Assembly (NCBI GenBank): GCA_964342465.1 | Contig: CAYFFQ010000001.1 | Span: 279,691-343,690, forward strand | DNA length: 64,000 bases | Origin: an uncultured Candidatus Poseidoniales archaeon | GTDB taxonomy: Archaea > Thermoplasmatota > Poseidoniia > Poseidoniales > Thalassarchaeaceae | Direction: 5' to 3' | Shown here: piece after piece, positions 1 through 9,265 of the stretch | Position numbering within the stretch: the stretch's first letter is position 1 | Layout of the letters: each line of letters opens with the position of its first letter | The notes under the pieces: model-generated | Seen by the model: only the letters and a program-made list of their open reading frames with translations | Told to the model about the DNA's origin: nothing | Databases searched by the model: none | Translations under genes and position numbers: made by a program

Positions 1-1
1 T

Positions 2-964
2 CTGACTAGACCGGGTGACAGGATTACCGCAGTCTCAACAGCTGATGGGGGGCATATCTCGCATGCGAGGATGGGCGCGGTTGGCCTGAGAGGATTAGAC
101 CTCTTCACCTATCCATGGGATGAGGAGAGAATGGAGCCGGATGTTGATGCTGCATGTGCAATGATAAGGGAGACCGAACCTGCACTCGCACTCGTTGGTC
201 AGTCGGTGTTTCTCTTCCCTACCCCCCTTGAAGAGATGGCGGATGCTGCTCATGAGGTGGGTGCGAGGGTGATGTACGATGGTGCCCATGTCCTCGGTCT
301 TGTGGCCGGTGGACAATTCCAAGACCCCTTGCGTGAAGGAGCCGATGTGATGACAGGTTCCTCTCACAAGACCTTCCCTGGCCCTCAGGGTGGTTTCCTT
401 TTTTCGGACAGTAGTGATGAGAAGTTTCATCGTCGCCTCAACGCGGCCATCTTTCCCGGCACCAACTCATCCTACCATCTTCACCACATGGCCGGCAAGG
501 TTGTCGCACTGGCAGAATTCCAAGAATTCGGGGCAGAATATGCGCATGATATCATCGCCAATGCGAAGGCGTTCGCCGCAGCGATGGCCGCTGAAGGATT
601 CGATGTGTTGGCAGAAGAGAGAGGATACACGGCCAGCCATCAGATTCTGACGAGGCATGGTGAACTTGATTCCGGCGCCGGAGCGAAGGCGGCGCGGTTG
701 CTTGAGGATGCAGGTATCATTACCAACATGAACATGCTACCCGGCGACACCAAGGCGCTACATCCGAGCGGGTTGCGTCTCGGTGTTCAGGAACTGACCA
801 GGGTTGGCATGGGTATCAGCGAAATGGAAGAAGTCGCACATCTCTATGCGCGGGTTCTGCTGGCCGGCGAAGAGCCGGCTTCTGTGAAAGCGGATGTACA
901 TGCGATGAAGGGTGACTACCAGATGGTCAGATACTGCTTTGATGAGGGGTCGGCATATCCTTGA
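2..964 (+). CDS. glyA: serine hydroxymethyltransferase, C-terminal ~320 codons; 5' end lies outside the window
   Basis: Frame 2 is open from nt 2 (LTRPGDRITAVSTADGGHISHARMGAV...), so the ATG at 71 is internal. PLP-lysine motif DVMTGSSHKTFPGPQGG matches the SHMT signature (..THKT..GP.GG). Confidence 0.85.
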   Translation: MTRPGDRITAVSTADGGHISHARMGAVGLRGLDLFTYPWDEERMEPDVDAACAMIRETEPALALVGQSVFLFPTPLEEMADAAHEVGARVMYDGAHVLGLVAGGQFQDPLREGADVMTGSSHKTFPGPQGGFLFSDSSDEKFHRRLNAAIFPGTNSSYHLHHMAGKVVALAEFQEFGAEYAHDIIANAKAFAAAMAAEGFDVLAEERGYTASHQILTRHGELDSGAGAKAARLLEDAGIITNMNMLPGDTKALHPSGLRLGVQELTRVGMGISEMEEVAHLYARVLLAGEEPASVKADVHAMKGDYQMVRYCFDEGSAYP

Positions 965-965
965 A

Positions 966-2240
966 TCAGAGTTTGGCGAGGATTCTGCTTCCGTCCTCGA
1001 CCCTGCAATCAGATATTGTGAGAGCCTCCTCCACCTTCCTCAACAGACCACCATCAAGTTGTCCACGATGATAGATGGTGACCCAAACTTCACCTCGCTC
1101 AACCTGCGATGAAACTCCGACTTCCAACAGCATCCCAACCTGCATGTCGATGTTCTCATCAACCCGCTTGCGGCCGGCTCCGAGGTCGCGGCAGACCTCG
1201 GCGAGAGCGAGGGCATCAATCGATTGCACCCAACCTGAATCGGCAGCCTTGATTTCCGTAGTCTTCAGGGTGTCATCCAATAATCCGAGGCCGACCATCA
1301 GAGAATGTTCGCTTCCGAATAGAGAGGGAGATGCCCCCTGATTTGTTGACATAGCGATGAATTTCGCAAGCGCTGAGCCATCATGGAGGGAATTGAATAT
1401 CATCCGAGCCCCCTCATCCTCATCGTCTGTCAATCCGGCTGCTGCGAGCATAATGCCGCCCTGCACGCATACCAACTCTTCCAAGTCGCGTGGCCCGTTG
1501 CCGAGCAATGTCTCCACCGATTCAATAACTTCCAGTGCATTGCCGATTGCATACCCGATTGGATTATCCATCTCTGTCAGTAATACCGAGGTGTCAATTC
1601 CCAAATCACGACCCGATGAAGCCAAGCATTTCGCCAACTCTTGCGCTTCCTCTACTGTCTTCATGAAGGCCGCCCTTCCAACCTTTACATCCATGACGAG
1701 AGCCGAGAGGCCGGCGGCCGCCTTCTTGGAAATGATGGAACCCGTCACAAGAGGAGTGGAGGCGATGAAGCCACTCACATCCCGTAGTGCATACATCCGT
1801 TTGTCGGCAGGTGCCATGTCAGCGGTTTGACCGACTATAGCGCATCCGATTTCTGCCACCTGCGTTTGAAACCGTTCGATGGAGAGTGATACAGTATATC
1901 CCGGCATCGCTTCCAGTTTGTCAAGAGTTCCTCCTGTATGGCCCAAACCCCTTCCAGAGACCATCGGAACCTTGGCCCCACACGCAGCGACGGCAGCCGC
2001 AAGAGGCAAGGAGACCTTATCGCCAACACCTCCAGTACTGTGTTTGTCGACCACTAGGTGCGCATACTCATCCGGCCATGAGAGTACGGTGCCTGAATAG
2101 GTCATCGCCTCTGTCAGTTCGGCGATCTCACCCCTGTTCATCCCGTTGTCAAAGACATCTTGAAGCCAATCTATGACCTCTGCATCACTCATCGAGCCAT
2201 CGACGACTCCGTCCACAATCTGTTGGATGGTCTCTCTCAT
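966..2240 (-). CDS. deoA: thymidine/pyrimidine-nucleoside phosphorylase family protein
   Basis: 424 aa. Family signatures VVDKHSTGGVGDKVSLPLA and SGRGLGHTGGTLDKLEAMPG; convergent with glyA, with 1 nt between the stops. Confidence 0.85.
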   Translation of the reverse strand: MRETIQQIVDGVVDGSMSDAEVIDWLQDVFDNGMNRGEIAELTEAMTYSGTVLSWPDEYAHLVVDKHSTGGVGDKVSLPLAAAVAACGAKVPMVSGRGLGHTGGTLDKLEAMPGYTVSLSIERFQTQVAEIGCAIVGQTADMAPADKRMYALRDVSGFIASTPLVTGSIISKKAAAGLSALVMDVKVGRAAFMKTVEEAQELAKCLASSGRDLGIDTSVLLTEMDNPIGYAIGNALEVIESVETLLGNGPRDLEELVCVQGGIMLAAAGLTDDEDEGARMIFNSLHDGSALAKFIAMSTNQGASPSLFGSEHSLMVGLGLLDDTLKTTEIKAADSGWVQSIDALALAEVCRDLGAGRKRVDENIDMQVGMLLEVGVSSQVERGEVWVTIYHRGQLDGGLLRKVEEALTISDCRVEDGSRILAKL

Positions 2241-2270
2241 TCAACATCCTCTCTGAACTGTCCACTTCCC

Positions 2271-5200
2271 TCATTTCCTGTTCTGGTTGTAGTGTTCACG
2301 CAACTGTTCGACCGTCCAGCCAGCAGCCAACGCCTCCTGCACCTGTTGTGGGGTCCAACCCTCGAACTCAAAACCGTCCATCAGAGGTGCCCCATGCACC
2401 CCGTCGTGTCTGCCGATGGCATTGTCTCGGCCTGAGAGAATTTTCGGCTCACCCGTCGCCGTCGAACTGTCAAGAACAAAGGTATCACCCTCGGCGGATG
2501 GATGGTGGTGCGAAGTGGATTGATTGATGCTGCCGAGGTCAGACGGCGAATCATCGATGAATGCTGCTTCGGTAAAATCAAGGAGGGTGTCCGATACCAC
2601 TCCGCTGGCATTTTCGCGACCGCTGAGGAGGACTGCGAGAAGAGCAATTACTAGCGCGATCATCGCCACACCGACGATGCTAAGGAGGATTCTTGCAGCC
2701 GTTGAATCTAGAGGGTTATCTGCTTCAGGCAATTGAGGTCCTTGGTCAACTGTGCCATTGGAGTTGTCATCTCCGTTGCCGTTGGTTATTCCAGCGATGT
2801 TGCTTCCGCATTCTGTCTCTTCGCCATCCGCCACGCCGTTGTTATCGGCGTCGGCGAAGAGGATGGCGTCAGTAGCAGCCACGCCAGCAGCCGTGGCGAA
2901 CAACAGTTCAGCCATGTCATCGACGCAGTCGCCATCGGTGTCGGCGTTGTGGGGGTCGCCGCCTACCTCCATCTCCCTGAAGTTATCCAATCCATCTTCA
3001 TCGAAGTCGTGTGACTGCTCGGGAAGTGATGAGCCAGGAATTACTGAACTGGTTCTGTTCAGTCCATACTCCAACTCCCATGCATCTGGAAGATTGTCGC
3101 CATCACTGTCCGTTGAATTGTCCAAGCGATACCAATCCTCTTCGAAAGAGGCGGTGTACCACTGTGCCAAGGCGGCGTTGTTGACCACGATTCCCATTTC
3201 GCGATTGCGCAGAATCGCATTCGAATTCCAGTTGATGGAAGATATCAATACCGACTCTCCATCGACGATAACGCCCTTGTTGTGCAATTTCGTGATACGT
3301 GCTCCCGGTGCCATCAGAATAGCGGTGGCGTCATATCCGTCGCTCCGGTTCCATTGATTGTTGAAATGGTCGACACTCTCCCGAATGTCGTTGTCAGTCC
3401 ACACATAGTAACCGTTGATGAGAAGTCTTACCTTCACCCCTCTTTGCAATGCTCTTTCAATCGCCGCTGAGAGGGGGTTGTCACCGAAACCCCAGTGCCA
3501 GCCGAGGTCAAATCCCTGAAGTGAGAGGTCGATGCTCGTTTCTGCTGAGTCGAGCAGGTTGACTATTCCAGAGACACAGTCGTCAGGGCAGGTGAAAACT
3601 TGACCATTGATTTCTCCGGTGATGGTGGGCGGAGTTTCAGTAGGGGGTGGTGCATCCAGTCCACTTGGGCCTGCGGAGGTCCACCCGCTCGGGCGTCCGG
3701 TCGATGGGTCAACAGTGCTGTATGCATTGAGGTGTGGATGGCTCACATCCTCATCCCATTCTAGACGAGTCAATACGAGTTGGGCTACATCGGCGGAGTC
3801 AATTATGAGGCTCCAGTCGCGATTTGAAGACCAGTCGCCGGGAGGTAATGTGGATTCTTTCAGGTTCCCTGAACTTACCCAGACAGATTCTCCATCACGA
3901 ACCGCAACCTTGCTGTGTAGGTATTGGTATGGGGCTGGTGGTGCATTTTCGCCGCGTGGATTCCCCATCCAGTAGACATCGACTCCACCGGCATACAGTT
4001 CGTAAGCCATTCCTCTTATCTTGTAGAGGTCTTCACCCTCTTCGAGGGGGTCTTCTTCCAAGACCACCGTGATGTCGACATCAGCAGCCGCCAACTCCAC
4101 CAGTTTGGCAACGATGTCGCCCCCCATCAACTCATAGACATGGATGTGAAGTTCAGTCTGTGTTCCATCCAACCACTCAAGGAATTGGTACAAACTACCA
4201 TCTGGAGAAACCATCGGTGTCACGCTTCCGGTGGTGGTGAAAACTCCAGAATCACAGAAGAGGCTCGCCCCGAGGCGAATCCAGCGCACCTCCCAATCAG
4301 CACTGCTGTTCGTGTCATCAACATCGCTACAGCCATCGCCACGCATGAAAATCAACCCTTGGAAGGTGGCAGGTGGTTTGGAGACAGCAGGGCCACTCCA
4401 CCCCTCAACACTCGTCAATCCATCACCATAAGCCACCGTGTCAGCGACCAACCCTTCGGGGGAAATCAACTGCAATGTGGCCCCCGAATCATACATCCAA
4501 GGTGAGTAATCTAGGACATCATCCATGTCCACGGCTGACAACCCGCCATCTTCGCTCAGATTCTCAGGGGATTGCGAGAGAATCACCGATTCTCTCGGCG
4601 CGAGGCTATACGCTGTGAAAGTGCCTGAATTCGAGCTTCCATCACTTTTGATGCGGTTAAGGTGCCATCCAGAGAGGTCGAGGACGCTGGTTCCCATGTT
4701 GGTTATCTCGATGAACTCGTTGTCACGGTTGTGCACTTGGCCGGGCATGATGCGAGTGAACCACACTGGGTCTTCGGGATTCCAAGGAGTAGGCGTGGGG
4801 TTCTCCTCCCCCGGGGTTGGCCACATGGTGTTGAGCCAATCCTCCTGCCATGCGGAAGAGTCTCCTTCGATGCTCCTACAATTTTCAGAACTCGTCCAGC
4901 GCGCTTCCTGTCTGACATTCCCATTCGGGTCTCTGAGGTCCACCATCTCATTGAAATTTGAAAGGAAACCGTTGTTTTCAGGCACGACTACAACATAATC
5001 ATCGGGTTGGAGATTCCACCAATCGGTTGGCGCTGTGGGTGAGCCAGTCTCAAAATGCTGCAAGAAGTTATCCCTGAGAACGAGTGCATCACCATTGTCG
5101 TTGGCGACTATCCATCTCGATAGATTGATTGTCTCGCTGCCGCTGTTGTGCAGTTCCAACCAGTCGCCATCGATGTCCAATCCTCCAGCAGTGCATTGTG

Positions 5201-7214
5201 CCATGACTTCTGATATTTCCAGCGTGACAGCCCCAATGTAGGGGTCTTCAAACTGGGGGTTTTCCTGACCGGGAGTGGGCCAAGGGGATGCTACCCAAGT
5301 GGAGGTAGGGTCATTTCCTGCGACCAGTGTGCCATTGAGAGGAGTGAGCCCATAGACAACCGTCTGCACAACTTCATCTTGAGAGTCGTGAAGGGTCACT
5401 GCATCACCACTGTTCTGAAGATTCATGGAAGTGCCGTTGCGATAGACGACGAGGTGGCCACCCGCTTCCAGCATCCAGTCATCACCGTTCGCTTCATCGA
5501 GTCCGGGTATGGTGGTCGAGTCGAATCTAAGTGATGAGTTGCGTCCATCCTTCATTCGCCAGTTCTGGAAACTTGCTGATTCATTGCCGACATTGACAAT
5601 TTCAATCCATTCTCCTTCGGGGTGGATATTGCTGTCAGAACCCGTCGGGTTGGCCATGATTTCAGAGATTCTGAACTGGGCACTTTCGTTCACGGATGAG
5701 GAAATCTGATTTGGATTCGGCCCCGCGGGTGTCGCCCAATTGGAAATTGAGAGGGGCTGGGCAGGGAGGTCGGCATCTATTGGGATGGCGGTTCGGTTGG
5801 TTCCGGGGTCAGAATCCCAGTGGATAGAATCGACGATGACACCGTCAGGGGTGAGGAGGGAGAGTGTGTCACCGCTAATCAACATCTGAGCGGTTGTCTG
5901 TGGAGCCGTGAGGACGACGTATGTTTGCGCATCAACAGTCATACCATTTCCACTGTCGCGGTCGACAAAACCCGCATCGAGCGAGAACGACTGACCACTG
6001 CCTGTGCGAATTTCCCATCCGGTCAGGTCGACGCCAGCACCACTACCGCGGTGGGAAAGTTCAAACCACTCTCCGTTGGGATATGCGAGCCAACTGTTGG
6101 TGGCGTTGACCATCACCTCGTTTATGCGAACATCGCTACTGCCGTTGACATTGCGGGCAGCAGGCTCAAGCGGAGTGGGGAATAGAGACTGAACCCAATT
6201 CCCCCCACCTGTGAGAGGAGGGACGAATGAATGGCCAGCCTTGCCGTTGCCGCTGTAATTTGCGGCAGAGACATATTCTCCCTCTGGATTTACGAGAAAC
6301 GCTGAATCGCCACCGTTGTTGAAGACGCCATACTGGTTCATGCCATTGGTGGCGACGACCCTTCGCTCGCCAGGGTTGATTACAGCTGATATAGCGTGGT
6401 CGACCAGATGGCTGGCGTTGATGGCCAAGATGTTGCCGGTTTGGTCTTTTATCGTCCAATTGTCCAGTGAAATCGGGTTGGAGCCATCGTTGATGATCTC
6501 AACCCATTCACCAGCCGGATAGGTCCCATTGTCATTCGATGGCCACGCATCGGCGAGCACTTCCGTGATTCGCAAGTCGCTGACGTTCCAAGTGGGGCCC
6601 CCACTACCACTGCCCGAGTTCACTGCGCCCGGTGTGATGGTGGAAACTTCTGGCCAGTCTGCGCTAGGTGAGGCACCCTCGACCAGTGAATTGCCCTGAT
6701 TGGCGTAGATCGACCATGTGGCCTGATGCTGGAGGTTTCCGTTGGAATCATAGAGGGAGGAGACACCCTGTCCATTGGTCATGCAGTACCCGCAAGACTG
6801 CCCATCTCCGTTGCGAGCGACGACCATGTAATCTCCAGCTTGGATGACCAGATTCTGTGGATTCTGCGGCCAGACGACGGTCATCGGAGATGATGTGATG
6901 GAGATGTCAAGTTGACGTGAGGAGTGGTCTTGCAAATACCAACCCGTGACATCAACGCTGGTGGTGCCGGAATTATACAATTCAACCCATTCGCCGCTTG
7001 TCCAATCTGTGGGGCCGACGGCATCCGTCTCAGAGCCCACCGCATTGACGAACAACTCGTTCAAGCAGACCGCGCCGACGCAACCGCTGCTCTTGGCTGC
7101 GCCTCTGATGGTAGGCGCCTCTCTGAGAAAAAGTGCGGTTTGGCTGCTTAGAATCAGTAATATCAGTATCAGGTAGATGGGTGTCTGCTTCGCTTGCATG
7201 GGGTCCACTCTCAA
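2271..7214 (-). CDS. giant cell-surface protein: signal peptide, 6 LTD-like modules, PLD-superfamily (2 x HKD) domain, Ca-binding D-x-D-x-D-G repeats, C-terminal TM anchor and 115-aa cytoplasmic tail
   Basis: 1647-aa ORF. Signal peptide TPIYLILILLILSSQTALF. LTD pattern is seen e.g. in ISEIMANPTGSDSNIHPEGEWIEIVNVGNESASFQNWRM. HKD motifs are YLHSKVAVRDGESVWVSSGNL (His codon 3917-3915) and KLHNKGVIVDGESVLISSINW (His codon 3284-3282). Ca-type repeats DSDGDNLPDAWE, DEDGLDNF, DTDGDCVDD. TM ILLSIVGVAMIALVIALLAVLL. Start is TTG 7214 (MRVD...) or ATG 7199. Confidence 0.9.
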   Translation of the reverse strand: MRVDPMQAKQTPIYLILILLILSSQTALFLREAPTIRGAAKSSGCVGAVCLNELFVNAVGSETDAVGPTDWTSGEWVELYNSGTTSVDVTGWYLQDHSSRQLDISITSSPMTVVWPQNPQNLVIQAGDYMVVARNGDGQSCGYCMTNGQGVSSLYDSNGNLQHQATWSIYANQGNSLVEGASPSADWPEVSTITPGAVNSGSGSGGPTWNVSDLRITEVLADAWPSNDNGTYPAGEWVEIINDGSNPISLDNWTIKDQTGNILAINASHLVDHAISAVINPGERRVVATNGMNQYGVFNNGGDSAFLVNPEGEYVSAANYSGNGKAGHSFVPPLTGGGNWVQSLFPTPLEPAARNVNGSSDVRINEVMVNATNSWLAYPNGEWFELSHRGSGAGVDLTGWEIRTGSGQSFSLDAGFVDRDSGNGMTVDAQTYVVLTAPQTTAQMLISGDTLSLLTPDGVIVDSIHWDSDPGTNRTAIPIDADLPAQPLSISNWATPAGPNPNQISSSVNESAQFRISEIMANPTGSDSNIHPEGEWIEIVNVGNESASFQNWRMKDGRNSSLRFDSTTIPGLDEANGDDWMLEAGGHLVVYRNGTSMNLQNSGDAVTLHDSQDEVVQTVVYGLTPLNGTLVAGNDPTSTWVASPWPTPGQENPQFEDPYIGAVTLEISEVMAQCTAGGLDIDGDWLELHNSGSETINLSRWIVANDNGDALVLRDNFLQHFETGSPTAPTDWWNLQPDDYVVVVPENNGFLSNFNEMVDLRDPNGNVRQEARWTSSENCRSIEGDSSAWQEDWLNTMWPTPGEENPTPTPWNPEDPVWFTRIMPGQVHNRDNEFIEITNMGTSVLDLSGWHLNRIKSDGSSNSGTFTAYSLAPRESVILSQSPENLSEDGGLSAVDMDDVLDYSPWMYDSGATLQLISPEGLVADTVAYGDGLTSVEGWSGPAVSKPPATFQGLIFMRGDGCSDVDDTNSSADWEVRWIRLGASLFCDSGVFTTTGSVTPMVSPDGSLYQFLEWLDGTQTELHIHVYELMGGDIVAKLVELAAADVDITVVLEEDPLEEGEDLYKIRGMAYELYAGGVDVYWMGNPRGENAPPAPYQYLHSKVAVRDGESVWVSSGNLKESTLPPGDWSSNRDWSLIIDSADVAQLVLTRLEWDEDVSHPHLNAYSTVDPSTGRPSGWTSAGPSGLDAPPPTETPPTITGEINGQVFTCPDDCVSGIVNLLDSAETSIDLSLQGFDLGWHWGFGDNPLSAAIERALQRGVKVRLLINGYYVWTDNDIRESVDHFNNQWNRSDGYDATAILMAPGARITKLHNKGVIVDGESVLISSINWNSNAILRNREMGIVVNNAALAQWYTASFEEDWYRLDNSTDSDGDNLPDAWELEYGLNRTSSVIPGSSLPEQSHDFDEDGLDNFREMEVGGDPHNADTDGDCVDDMAELLFATAAGVAATDAILFADADNNGVADGEETECGSNIAGITNGNGDDNSNGTVDQGPQLPEADNPLDSTAARILLSIVGVAMIALVIALLAVLLSGRENASGVVSDTLLDFTEAAFIDDSPSDLGSINQSTSHHHPSAEGDTFVLDSSTATGEPKILSGRDNAIGRHDGVHGAPLMDGFEFEGWTPQQVQEALAAGWTVEQLREHYNQNRK
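4425..7073 (-). repeat. intragenic array of six ~110-aa lamin-tail-domain-like modules (protein-level repeats)
   Basis: Approximate module aa ranges are 48-180, 212-331, 359-466, 512-622, 662-773 and 817-930. Each has [IL].E[VI][ML]...GEW[VIF]E[IL].N.G....[VL].L..W followed by a G[DN]...L.D..G segment. Confidence 0.7.
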
Positions 7215-7262
7215 TTGTTCCTTCGGTTTCGCTCAATGCCATTACAATTAGCGTTTTCCGAT

Positions 7263-7279
7263 TTCGCCCTATGGGCGAA
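7263..7279. promoter_or_regulatory. perfect palindrome TTCGCCC-TAT-GGGCGAA upstream of the LTD-PLD giant gene
   Basis: 7-bp arms with a 3-nt A/T centre, 49 nt upstream of TTG 7214. A run of 7 T (7288-7294; A7 on the gene strand, TATA-like) flanks it. Function is not established. Confidence 0.3.
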
Positions 7280-7371
7280 CCCATTCATTTTTTTACCGAC
7301 GATGGGTGGAGTGCTGTCTCATTATTGTGATGGTTGAACTACTCGTCAGGAGATAATCCGGCTCTCATGTA

Positions 7372-9249
7372 TCATGTGAATCCGAACGAATCCATCCTCG
7401 CTGCGAATGTGTAAATCATTATCGGTACGAGAATGATACCCATGCCGTGGCTTCTGCGAATGCCGATACGAGGTGGCATCAATCCGAGGACAGTGCCGGC
7501 GATGAGTACACCTATGCCTATCCACCCAGTAGTGAGCCAGACAAGAGCGGAGACAAATATGATGACGCTCATGACGAGTGAGCGCAGAGGAATGAGTTCG
7601 TGCAACTTCAACATACCCTGTCCGACTTTGACCATGATGGGAACAGCGAGCAGTCCTGAAGCGACTGTGACTGCGAGCAATCTGATGAAGTCTGGTGGCG
7701 GTTCGATTGCTGACCATGGGTCTATAGGATACATCATGTTGAGGGCGAGTGCCGCCCCTGAACGAGGCCGCCCCACCAGATAGAGGAAGGCGAGAACCAT
7801 CACCGTGACGGCGGTGTTTGTCGCCGAGAGGATGGCGATGACTTCGAGGTCCTGTTCACTCGATGTCATCTCAAGGTCGAGGTCGGGGGATATCTCCCTC
7901 TCCTCCCTCGCCGCACTGAGGAGAGCGAGGTCTTCAGCGCTCAGTCCACCACCAGTCAATCCCATCATGGCGTTTTCATCATCAACGAGTTGGCGACCAC
8001 CCCTCACTGAGCCATCGAGAACGATACCACCTGATGAGAAGGGGGCCGCTGCTGACCCTCCACCGTCTTGACCAGTGACAGAAGTGGAAACTCCTGACGG
8101 TGAGACGGCTTCCGGCATGGCGGTGGATGCGAGAGTGATGCTTCCTGCCGCTGGGTCAGTTGCAAGAGTGGTGACTCGTGCAGTCGGTTCGGTATTTTGG
8201 CTGGTGGCGGCGAGGGCTTCTGCTTCCTTCCTCCTAGCCATCGCCTGCATCGCCGGATGATTCGCTTGACCTGGGCCAAATTCAAAATCGGCGGGGATAT
8301 AATCTGGGTCTCGCAGTTTACCGAAGAAATTGCGTACGCTCATCACCACAACCGTCGCTTGGGCGGCGGTCATTCCAGGAAGAATAGCCATCACCGCGGC
8401 ACAGATGGAAGAGAGGAAACATGGAATCACCAGTGGCCCTGCCGGCGGCAGGTCCCACTCATCATCTTGCGAGGGCATCTCGCTCGTCGTGACATAGATG
8501 TCCAATAGATTGGCGATCCCGAAGAGACCAGCCAACCCAGGCATCAACATCGTCGCGCTCGGCATACCGACTGGTGAACGGCCCGGCAGTTCAAAGACCG
8601 CCCAGCCGTAGAAACCGCTCAACAGGAAGAAGGCGGCGGCGACGATGACTCCGACCACATTTGAATTGTCGGAGAAGGAGAAGTCCAACTCGCGGCCAGC
8701 CACTTTCACCTGCCACTTCTTCGACAGTGCCTGCATCCAGCGCGGCCAAGGCAGTCTCGTCGTCTCGGTCAGAATCAGAAAACTGGAGATGGCCAACAGC
8801 AACCACGGAAGAATCTCACGACTCTCTTCATAGAAACCGAGCCCCGGGTTCTGACCGAACAGGAATCGGGCGAACAGTAGTAGTGGAATGGATAGGAGTA
8901 GACCCAACTGTGACCCTCGCGCAGAATAGGCTACACCCTGCGTAGCCTTGCCGGCGAGCAACATACGATGGCCGGGCAACAGCGCCAACGCGGTGTCACC
9001 GTCAGGAGCACCCACCAGCGCACTCGGAATGTAGTTGAGGAAGGTATGCACAGTACCCATGGCGACGATTATCGCCGCAACCGCTGAGAGAGGAATGCCC
9101 ACTCCCACCGCCAAGGGGGAGAGACTCAGTGCGATGAGGGCCACATTGTTGACATGGAATCCAGGGATGAGTCCAGTCATGCAGCCGAGAAAGACCCCGA
9201 TGAAGAATGACGCCATCAGCCAGAGCCATTCACTCAACCAGATCTCCAT
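7372..9249 (-). CDS. polytopic membrane protein, TctA/DUF112-like, with a ~155-aa low-complexity cytoplasmic insert
   Basis: N-terminal FLGCMTGLIPGFHVNNVALIALSL and ~12 hydrophobic helices resemble archaeal TctA-family/DUF112 proteins (recognised from memory, not searched). The likely start is ATG 9249 (MEIWLSEW, GGTGAG 3 nt upstream). TTG 9303 would overlap the upstream stop at 9266. Confidence 0.6.
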   Translation of the reverse strand: MEIWLSEWLWLMASFFIGVFLGCMTGLIPGFHVNNVALIALSLSPLAVGVGIPLSAVAAIIVAMGTVHTFLNYIPSALVGAPDGDTALALLPGHRMLLAGKATQGVAYSARGSQLGLLLSIPLLLFARFLFGQNPGLGFYEESREILPWLLLAISSFLILTETTRLPWPRWMQALSKKWQVKVAGRELDFSFSDNSNVVGVIVAAAFFLLSGFYGWAVFELPGRSPVGMPSATMLMPGLAGLFGIANLLDIYVTTSEMPSQDDEWDLPPAGPLVIPCFLSSICAAVMAILPGMTAAQATVVVMSVRNFFGKLRDPDYIPADFEFGPGQANHPAMQAMARRKEAEALAATSQNTEPTARVTTLATDPAAGSITLASTAMPEAVSPSGVSTSVTGQDGGGSAAAPFSSGGIVLDGSVRGGRQLVDDENAMMGLTGGGLSAEDLALLSAAREEREISPDLDLEMTSSEQDLEVIAILSATNTAVTVMVLAFLYLVGRPRSGAALALNMMYPIDPWSAIEPPPDFIRLLAVTVASGLLAVPIMVKVGQGMLKLHELIPLRSLVMSVIIFVSALVWLTTGWIGIGVLIAGTVLGLMPPRIGIRRSHGMGIILVPIMIYTFAARMDSFGFT

Positions 9250-9265
9250 GCTCTCACCCAGTCCT

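Noticed and set aside
2752-4505. Long antisense ORFs inside giant genes: 2752..3357+ (201 aa), 3924..4505+ (193 aa), 37490..38029-, 43659..44174-, 53022..53576- and 58485..58955-.
   Set aside because: Each lies wholly inside a much longer ORF with clear domain content on the other strand. Their products are low-complexity R/P/S/G-rich, as expected for antisense frames of GC-rich coding DNA.
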